A stretch of DNA of 64,000 nt from Phallusia mammillata (lineage: Eukaryota), in NCBI GenBank assembly GCA_965637545.1, contig OZ281497.1, positions 5,394,001 through 5,458,000 of the forward strand, given 5' to 3'. The notes under the pieces were generated by a model. That model was given only the letters and a program-made list of their open reading frames with translations. It was not told the DNA's origin and searched no databases. Shown here one piece after another: positions 12,763 through 22,661 of the stretch. The translations under genes and the position numbers were made by a program. Position 1 is the first letter of the stretch. Each line of letters begins with the position of its first letter.

Positions 12763-15700
12763 TTATTCAGAGTCTGAATCTTGGTTGGTGAGGGTGCGAA
12801 AATGGATAGACACTGCGTCCTCGTCTTCATCAGGTGGTCGTTTCCATTCTTGTCGTTGGACGACGAAAAGCACCGACATTACAAACATGACAATGACCAC
12901 TCCACACATATTACCCATCACTGCACCGCCCGCCAGCTTCTGGTAAGTGGTTTTGCTAAAGAAGGGTAAGATTTAGTAACAAATGTTGCAGTCTCTTTTT
13001 TTTTTGGTCAACCTCAAATACATTGTGGTCTCTTGATTCTGTTTTTTGTACATGTGTCCCTTTCTGATCTTTGGCAAATCTTTTCTTTCTCTGTTTCTGT
13101 CTTTGTTTCTTGGGCTTGTATTACAAACGCTTGCTGCACAGTGTTACTTCAAATTAAATCCAGAGATGGATCCGTTTTTACCACAGTTTCTCAGGCATTG
13201 GGGTTACTAGAACTATTATATTGGCCTGCAACTTTTCACTTAGAAATTTCGGATCTTTTCGGATCGATGTTTTCAGGTCTTTTACTTTTACTAAATTCAA
13301 AAATCGCTTGTTTAGGTAATTCTCATCCTTTTGTCTTCTAAATCTACCTTTCAGAAAGACTTACTCTTGGAACATAAATTCTTCAAGTCTGTGGCCAGTT
13401 TTTTTTTCTAATCTGTATTGCTTCTTGCAATGAATTCAACAAATACATACTGAATACTTTCAATCTTTCAAAAAACAGTCACGTCAGGACGCATAACGTG
13501 ATATGGCCAGGAGTTACGCTGGTGTATCGTGTAACGTTATGAAATGCAAAATTCTTAAATATGTTAAAATCTAAAAAACTTTTTGCCATACATTCATATT
13601 GGTTTCAGTACATTTCGTCCCAACTAATACCTCCGCCTTTTAAAACCTTGAATAATTCTACTTTGTAGTGTCGGAGTTTTTTGATCTTGGTATAGCAAAG
13701 TGAGGCTATTACAACTTAACAACTCGTTTTATACCACAATCACCATAGCTTCCATAAACCTTAACATTTATGCGTTGTACATGGGCCTTAGAAGGGATTT
13801 TATTCGAGTATGAGGGACAATCGATTCTTGATAAAATAGCATGAATATTGTGTGAATGAGTTTCGCAAATACGCGTTAGGCTTTTTCGGACTTTGTCTAA
13901 AGCAGGTCGATTCATTTATGACGTCCTAAAAACAGGAAATACCTCTAAACCCAATCCTGTGATCGATACCAATCTAGTTGGACGCGAAAAGGTGAACGAC
14001 GCTGCCCTTATGGTCAATCGCTTATAAGTAAATTATTGCCGCCTGCGTAATGGCAAGCGTGAAATACGCCAGGGAGATGAAAATGTTGCCATAATAGTGA
14101 GTGGTGAAGCTTTACTGCCTTCCACATAACAGGACGTCCCAAGATTTTTTTGTTTTTTTGCTTGAAGTCCAACACAGCCAGGAACAATATGCCGGCTTTC
14201 CGTTATGGAGTCGATGTGATGAATTATGAAATGCTTTTTTGTGACAGCCAATTTTACTTGTTTTATAAAAAGCAGAAGTCACAATTTTCGAAATCTTTTG
14301 TGTTTACCATTTTCGGCAGAGAGTACACCCCAACAAGAGTAGAATTTCTGTTAAATTTCCTTTTTTCTATCAGCTCAAACAATATGCCTTATTTGCCCAT
14401 ACTGTGAATAACCGACATTTGCAACTCCTAAAATGTTACACATTATCATTAAAAATGGTGATTGAATACTTTACCTAATTGCTCTGAATATGTATACAAA
14501 TCTGACTGTATTCCTCTCACTGCAATAAGTCATTTTAATTGGCAACAGTTTTGCACTACACTGAACTGCATCAATAATAGTGTTTCTTGAATATTTCTTA
14601 AACAAACAAATCAGTACTTAATGTTTATGGGAAAATAAATTGAAGCAACTTACTAAACAAAGAAGAGTTTTTCATTGATGCCTGAAATACAGGTAACAGC
14701 TGAAAGAATCAATATAGCAGAACCCCAAAATTGGTGGAGAGGCAGATAGAAAGATCTTAAGTTGGCACGTGCACCAGGAAGCAGAAAACAGAGAAACCCA
14801 ATTGCAAGCTGTAATGCATGTTAAGTATTACAATACTGGGTCTGGGTTTATGATGTATTGCATTATTCGAAACAAGTTTGCGTACAGTCAAAGTATTTTT
14901 GTGGGGTTTTGTGGGGCCTAAATTATAAGATGCACTGTTTTACCTGGAGACAAAACAGAACAACTGTTATCATTCCACACCAGCTATGTAGGCTGTACAT
15001 GTTTTTTATGCTGTACTTGTTGTGGAATTGGAAAACAGCCACCAGTCCTAAAATAAAAACCAACAAAAATATTTGAAGTGCGAAATATTGAAAACAAATA
15101 TATATTTACAAATATCAGCAGTTTGAAAAAAGTGTTCAAAAAGACAACTAAAAAAGTTATTCTAATAACCCCAGTGAAATGTATGTACATATATGTAAAA
15201 CTATATTGTGTTCTCACACTACACAAGATTTTCCCAGCTAAAGTGCTATTAAATTCTACTGTAAAGGAAGTTACAACTGACAAGCATATGCTACAGAATG
15301 GGAAGCTGAGCTAATTTCCTTGCAACATTTTGCTTATAGTGCAGAGTAAAGTTTGGTGGGAATGCCATCCTGTTTTAAATGAGACAAATGACATTGAGCG
15401 CTGTTTGTTTGTTTGCTCTTTAAATGCTGTGGGATTCTAAACCATGAAAGCATTGGGTTCTCTTTAGGCTTTATCTTAATACATTGATGGCTTAAAATAC
15501 TTTTAAAACATATACATACCTACAATAGCAGCAAAGAGTGCAAGAAACAGAAGACCGGCATGGATGATTTTTACTTTTAGCTTTTTACTTTGTCTGAATA
15601 TCCGGTATGTCATAATTGCTGTAAAAATATACAAATTGTTAATAATTGTTAAAAATGATTACAAAAGTGAAAAAATAACATAAGTTGCTGTTAAAGCGCC

Positions 15701-16620
15701 ATGCTCTGTACAAATTTATTGACTTGTTCGCTTCTTGTTAGGATCTTTAAAAATGTGAATTGTGTACTGAAATTTAGAAATGTAATTTAAAGTAACTAAT
15801 AATTTATGAGGATATATGCTTACATACTATATTTAGCCCTGAACAAACAATCAAAACTGAATTAACTGTTAAAACAACCATTACCTTCTCCATAGAGAAA
15901 TACTAAGCCACAGATCATACATAATGGATGCAGGTTAAATTCTTTGCTGGTTCCATCCCAGGCAAAACCTCCCATGTACGAATTGAGCCAAATGCCAATC
16001 AACACAATCATAGCAACACCAAGGCCCTAAAAAGCAGAGTAGAAAGATTACTATGTGATTTTGTGAAATGCTGTCTATATTTAGTGTATTAAGTGTAACA
16101 AGAAAATATTTGAAAAATTATTGAAAGGATTGATGTATCTATATTCTAAACAATGCCAATAGCGCATTTTTAGAGGTTAAATTCAGTGGTGGGATTTTTT
16201 GTCTGCCGGTTCTTTCACAAAAGTTGTATTTTCAGCCGGTCCTTTACAAAAAGATTGACAGTAACCAGTAATGCAAACTGTTGATCTCATACATTTCCAT
16301 GGCGTGGCAGTTCTATAGAACTGGCTGAATCCCATCACTGGTCAAATTATACTGCAAGATCTATACATTTTTTATGTGCAAACTACAGGAATGCATTTTG
16401 AACAACAAACTTGTCAGTGTTGCTATTGTAATTGACACTAAAAAGCCTTTTACAAATATATTTTGGCTCAGGAATCAGTCACCCATCAGGAATTATTAAA
16501 GTTTTGCTTTTATGTGATAGTCTAAAGCTGTATTCTTGACGTATTACTTACTTGTGACAAAGCCACCATCCATGGTAATCCTCGCAACTGGTTGCCCTCG
16601 TCCAACTGGTCAACCGGCAT
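12763..16620 (-). CDS. CYB561: Cytochrome b561 family protein, paralog 2, 253 aa (exons 16620-16552, 16026-15885, 15618-15520, 15047-14944, 14808-14654, 12955-12763)
   Basis: Complete hand-spliced ORF: MPVDQLDEGNQLRGLPWMVALSQ / ...GGFAWDGTSKEFNLHPLCMICGLVFLYGE / AIMTYRIFR...IIHAG / NMYSLHSWCG / YLPLHQFWG...NEKLFF / YQKLAGGAVMGN...EWKRPP...*. Internal exons of 142, 99 and 104 nt match paralog 1 exactly. Confidence 0.95.
13600..13800 (-). pseudogene. Degenerate Myb/SANT-like (trihelix) coding remnant in the last intron of b561 paralog 2, probably transposon-derived
   Basis: The minus strand from 13697 reads CYTKIKKLRHYKVELFKVLKGGGISW, similar to the C..KIK.LR..YK helix of Harbinger-associated Myb/SANT proteins. 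The upstream part (NVKVY...CGIKR) is in another frame. No TIRs found. Confidence 0.35.
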
Positions 16621-16927
16621 TTCTGTTTCAAAGCTACTACCCACTGACAAAACTTAATAATGAAATGGTCACAAAACCAAAACAAAGCCCTGATTATATT
16701 CTCTAAAGTACAACAACAAAATAATTTAAGGTACAATACATTTTAAATAAATTGTTCAAATATTTAGAAAATTATTTGAAACCTGTTTCATATCTGCTAA
16801 ACACTAAATTTTAATGTGTGTCTGGCACTTTCTTCGGTTTTGCACTTGTTTTAAAAAGTATCGTAGAAAGTTTTAGTGTCCCTTCCTTACTACAGACTAT
16901 TTAAATCCAGCAGATATTGCAATTTAA

Positions 16928-19057
16928 AGGTGGCTGTACACAGACTGCGTATTCCGTCAACGTGCGTAAACGCATGCGAAAAACGGTCCGTATTCTGACG
17001 TGCGTAAACGGACCGAATTTACGTTCCGAAAGTGGCTGCGTTTGGTGGTATACACAGGATCCGAACGATGCGACGTTTTGCTTGAATGCGTCCTACTCCA
17101 AATCAGTTGTTTGGCTGTTCAAAGAAGGAACACCGCTAATTTCTTGCATTTGGGTTATCACGGTGGTGGTGGTGGGATTTTAATATTGCTAAACTCGAAC
17201 ACACCGACCAAAAAAAGTAATTTAAATAGTTTACAATCGACATTACCCAACCTACCCTTGGCATTCGCTGGTGTCAAAACATGCTCAAATAAGATAGCAG
17301 TACAATAACATCGCTAATGGAAAACAAATGTCACAAAATATTTGTATTTTTTTTTTCTAAAAGACACTTTCAAAGCAGACAAAATAAAAAAGTACAAACA
17401 CACAGTGCATATGAGCGAAATGTTTAAATGGTAAAATTGGGGATGAACAAACACTGAAAGGACTTTTTTGTGTTTTTACAGAATGCTTCGTATTTCTAAA
17501 GAATTTCATTTGCTTTTAAAAACCCTCCTGTACCCTCTTTCGATTGCCTCAAGCATTTTCTTATTTTTGAAAAGTGAAAAGCAATCCTAGCATCAGTAGC
17601 TGTATTCTTATAATTTGGCAATGTGCTGGTTGTTGCCTGTAGGTCTCCTACAAATAACAAAAACATAAATGCAACAGTATGTACAAATTAGTTTAGAAGT
17701 ATATTTGTTTAATCCACAATTAAGTGCAATCTTTCATTTAACTTGACTTTTCTGGTTTGTTTCCATCTCTCATATTAAACACAATCCTTGGTTACAAACT
17801 ACAATGAAGATGTGAAAAATAATACTATTTTTGATCACAATTCTTTCCCTGCAGTACTCAAATAGCACATTGTTGGGGTCCATGCCTTACAAACACAACA
17901 CATATAGTAGGTTTATTACAAATATGGAGCATAAATCATTTAATTTACATACCTGTGGTGCTGTGTTTAAATCTTAAACCATTGGATTTTCTGTCTTCTT
18001 TTTATATAGGTGTCGCATATGTCACCTTTCTTTCACATTTTTTCTGTAAAAAAACGTAACAGGCAGGTGTCACATATACTTCACAAAATGTAAATTTGAT
18101 AAGCAGAATAAGCCCTTCCCAATGTACAATAAAATGTTGTCAAAACATTTTTTGGTAAAAACCACAACATTTCTATCACCATTAAAAATGTATCCACATT
18201 GTAACACAAGTTAGTTAAATTACCTGTTAAACCAAACTCTGCTGAAGTTGAATTACAGGCATTTATAAGGTAGATTTCTCTCCAAAGCTGGTTACTAGTT
18301 TTTCTTGTTAAACTTGATTTCTTTAGTTGATATTTATTAATCCAAGGATTCTACAAAAGAACTTATCATGATAACTTAAAGTGCATAATTCACAGATTGT
18401 TGCAGAAACATCAACCAGTACTTAAGTGTATGTAAACAACTAGCCTATGGACTTAGATTTCATAAGCAACATCCTAAATATTAATACAACATAGTTCCGA
18501 ATTTCTAAACCCTGATGGCATATTTGCAGTTTTCTTTTTCTGAAATTTTGCAATCAATGACATTAACTGCCAGAACTAAGTTATGAACTGACTATTTCCT
18601 GACCCCTTTGTTTCGCGGAAAGCTTTTGTTACTTACATTATTAGCTTTTTGTATCCCGCTGTTGTTCTGCATTCCATTCGAGTCTGAAGTCTGTCTTTTT
18701 GCCGATTTAAAAATAAAACCTTGCATATTACTTCACTTCTATTTATTATTAGAAACAAGAGGGCTTCAAGTCTTGTGATTTGATCAAAATAATTAATATT
18801 AATCAACCAATCTAGAAATATCTCTCAGTTTTGCACTATCACTACACCGAAAATCGCATGCGTACGTCCGAAAAAATAGAACATGTTCTATTTGTTCGGA
18901 TGGCCTTGCGTTGACGTCCGTTTCGTCCGTTTTCGGACAAAACGCATGGTTCGCATTCTGTGTATACACGTCGACGGAAGGCGACGGACCGAAATTTACG
19001 CGCGTATACGCATGACGGACGAAAACGGACCGAAACGGATCCTGTGTACAGCCACCT
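16928..19057. mobile_element. PIF/Harbinger-type non-autonomous DNA transposon, 2130 bp
   Basis: Perfect 16-bp TIR AGGTGGCTGTACACAG / CTGTGTACAGCCACCT; TAA on both sides (16925-16927, 19058-19060), the TWA TSD typical of Harbinger; subterminal repeats (cggaccgaa, cgcatgcg) at both ends. Confidence 0.85.
17953..18726 (-). pseudogene. Decayed spliced Myb/SANT-like gene inside the Harbinger element
   Basis: GT-AG exons read MQGFIFKSAK... / NPWINKYQLKKSSLTRKTSNQLWREIYL...G / EKCERK, then MRHLYKKK after a frameshift. This matches the LW.EI...C.RKW..MR..YKK pattern of Harbinger DNA-binding proteins. Confidence 0.5.
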
Positions 19058-19474
19058 TAAGAGAAATCTGGCGGTGACTGTACGGAATAAATTCAAGTTT
19101 TACAACAACAGTTACCTGTTTCACATAACCTTTAATCAGCTCCTCTCTTGGTGCCTACCGACAGTCTGTCGCAGTACTCTGGCAACCAGGATTAGCTCTG
19201 ACGTTTTATTCATCAATAATTTATTTGCTTGTCAGTTTTGTGATGGATCTTATCCAATTTCCTCAATTATATTTGTCAGTCTCTATCTTTGAAACTGATA
19301 GTATGTGATGCTAACTGTACAAAAAAAACAACTAAAGAGACGTTCCAAAACAAAATTAAAATCGAGTAAAAACAAGGACAACAGAGAAGAATTTATTTTT
19401 CCACTCCTGTAAACAATAAGCATAGGGTCAATTGACATTGGCGAGCAACAGAAAACAGTGCAACAAAAACTCTT

Positions 19475-21870
19475 TTACGGCGAACTTTCTTTCTTTCGTT
19501 TGTGCTTCTTTGAATGTTTTTTAGAACCATCGCGTTCAGATCGTTTTGATTTTTTCGACTTTCTTTCCTCGTCATGTTTGTCTTTGTTTTCGTTTTCGTT
19601 TTTTGATTCACGAGACCTTTTGCGATCATCTGAATAATCACGAGACCGACGAAAATCACTCTTTTCACGTTTGTGATGGAACTCACGCCTCGAAGTTTCA
19701 TGATCTCGACGAGATCTACTGTTTAATGACACCTCTCGGTCCGCCGATTTTCGTGACTTAGACTGTTTATGACCGAGATCATGACGCCTTTGTTCAAGTA
19801 ACAAAGAAGAACCTTGTTCTTTTACAGATGAACTATCACGTGATTGTGAACTATTATGTTTGCCCCATACATCAGAAGTTTGATTTGATGCGCTTTCTTC
19901 TTGACTAGAAATACAACATGGGTAAAACTTTTTTAACTTTCACAAAAAAGTTACTCAGTCAGTTGCAACAAACCATAGATCAAAACAAGCCTTACAAATG
20001 ACTTAAAAAAGTTCAATGCCAGATCGAAAATCATAGTTACCCGTTAAGCAATCAATACCCATTAAACAGTCACAACATACCTTTCATTGTTCCACAATTG
20101 TCGTAACTCCTCCATATGAACCTGAAGCACATCTCGGAATATCTACAGTAAAAATGTTTTTAAATCAAACCCCCTAGCCTAAACCAATGTTATTTTTTTT
20201 TAAATCAGTGATTTGGGCCACAGTTTTTAAAGTGCTTAATCTAACCTGAGCAAATAGTGTGACTTGGCATAAGTACTGTCAGTAAAAGACAGGCTTGGTT
20301 TGAGTTTTAATGTTTGTGCATAAAGGGTTTAACATGACTTATTTCCATGTAATTGTCTTAATTCTTACCAAAAAATAAAGCTCTGTAATATTCAACTGCT
20401 AAACATAAATTAGCCAACTAGTTTACTTCACAAATATTTTGTATTCTGTTTACAATTATAAATAAAACAATCAACAACATACAACTCTATAAAAAAAACA
20501 GTTTATTACCTCAGTTTGTGTTCGCTTTGTGATGTGAACATTCTTCGCTCTGTAAGTTTGTCGCCGGCGTTTGTGGTCTCGCTGCTCTTTTAATCTTGCT
20601 AGTTCTGAAGCTGGGAGCACATCTACAAATAAACACACATACAAAACTATCACTGTTACTCCTGTGGACTTTTTGGACAACTGGGAAACTACTGGGTCTG
20701 TGGAGTCAATTGAAACAGGTGATAAGCCAAATCACTACCAAGCAAAAATCTATCAAAGTTTTGAATGTGTTCGCTTCATAAAAAAGGAACAAAAATGCTA
20801 ATAAATTACAATAATCATTTTGTTCACATTTATTTAAAAATGTATTTTTAGGCTAAGTACATTAACAAGATAAAACACAGGATCAAAATGCAACAGTACC
20901 TGTTGATGACTTGGAAATTTCAAATCCCTCAGTCTGAAGATCTGTTAGTAATGACAAATCAGTGGTAGATTTCTTCAGTTTGAGTCTCTCCAATATCTGA
21001 TCATATACTTCTAATCGCTCTTCTCTTGACAAAGTGCTGACATAAGCTTCATAGGTTCTTAATGGTGGTAAACCAGGAGCAACCTTTGACACAATGTCAT
21101 CTGTAATCAATATAAAAGATGTTGTAAAGAGCAAAAAGGTAGCTTCAATAATCTATTTTATTCAATGAATATAATACCCAAGTCAGTCAATCTAGTTAAA
21201 TATCAAATTCTTTTTAACTACCAAGGTAATGAAATGCTCATTGTAAAAATACTACTAACATCATGCTTGCCTCTTCCGCTACACCCGTTTTGTTTTTTTT
21301 TGGCTTAAGTAAAAGCAAACTAAGTGCATGTTTATTTTGAAAATGGCATTTAAAGTACAACCTATACACTTTTAATAACAAATCAGAAAGAATTTTTCAA
21401 CACCTATTTCAACACAAGGATATGGAAATTCAGCATTTTCTTCCTCAATAATGTCTCTGCTTTCTTGGACAGAATATCCATGGGTTCTCCACTTGCATGT
21501 TTGACAGTGTTTGTCAAATCTTTTTACAAAATACAGAAACATTTATAAATCATTTTATCAAAAAAATGATTTCAATACACTGAATATTACTAAACATGTT
21601 TTGCAGGGTAATTATTCTAAGTTTAGGGCACAATAAATGCAGTTAGATTCAGATTGGTTCAATAACTCAAATAAGCAATATCATGTACGTTTCGTACTTT
21701 GCTTGTCATTTACCTTACCTCTGGGGTGGTATTGTATGGTGTTTGTTATACGGGCACAGTACAAACTTATCATGTTGTTTGATTGTCGGGTGCCATTGCA
21801 AAGTATCTTGAAATTTCTGAACAATTTGTTTGGCTTCCTTGATAAAGTCTGATAATTCATTATCTGCCAT
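19475..21870 (-). CDS. SNRNP48: U11/U12 snRNP 48-kDa protein (multi-exon)
   Basis: Exon 1 (21870-21719) plus exon 2 (21519-21404) give the CHHC zinc finger CPYNKHHTIPPQRFDKHCQTC. Later exons give LSREERLEVYDQI and QRDHKRRRQTYRAKNVHITKRTQTEV, diagnostic of SNRNP48. The gene ends in an R/K/S/D-rich tail at 19475. Confidence 0.93.
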
Positions 21871-22661
21871 ACAATCCACTTTGGCTGATTTACTTTTTCC
21901 CCAAAGTGAACCGAAAGTTACCGAAACATTTGTCTTCGTTTTTGCAGTTACGTCACAATTGCACTGCTACGCGTTTAGGTAATTTCCCATCTACAGATAT
22001 CTCAATCGTATCTACAAAAATCAACAATCAAATTTTTCAACAAATCAACAAATGTGGCGTTTTGATTGTCATTTATTGTTTTCAAAACTACAACGTCTTG
22101 TAATGTTCGTGCTAAATCAACAAATTTTCCCGACTGTGGTTCATTTGTTGTTGTTTTTCTGATTTTGGGTTCCAGAATTAGTTGTTTTCTTCAAACAAAT
22201 GGGAACTGAAAATTCGCGTCAACGCATCACATGTAATCTAAAGACATTTTCGTTACAGCACGAAAACAAGAAACTTGCGACTGAACATTTCGCATGGCAC
22301 ATGCGTCACGATTTCATCACTGCCAGACGTTACTCAATGAAGCGCTACAAAGGTAGAGAAAAACTAAAAAGCACAGTTTCGGTTGAAAATACTTGTTTGG
22401 TAGATTTCTTTTGCGAAATTGGCAGATACGATACAGTGTCTTCTTAAAAAAAACCTTTAACGTTGCAATAATTTGCAGTCAGGCAGGAGATGAAATGTAG
22501 AATTGAGGGAATATACACTGAGATTTAACATTGAAATTAAATACGTTTTTTTCTTTTTCAGCAGTACACAAAACAATAATTTACCCTTGCATGACATTCA
22601 CCGATAGCTTATAGGCGGAATATTTGTGTACAGAGGTATATGCTAATCGAATGTTAAAATT
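21871..22661. promoter_or_regulatory. Short divergent intergenic region shared by SNRNP48 and NTase-TPR copy A1
   Basis: The two ATGs face away from each other ~790 bp apart. The part from ~22216 on is conserved upstream of the other array copies and includes a polypyrimidine-AG site at 22560-22561. Confidence 0.55.

Noticed and set aside
19475-19804. 109-aa R/K/S-rich ORF as a separate SR-like gene
   Set aside because: It is the last exon of SNRNP48, whose known C-terminus has this composition.
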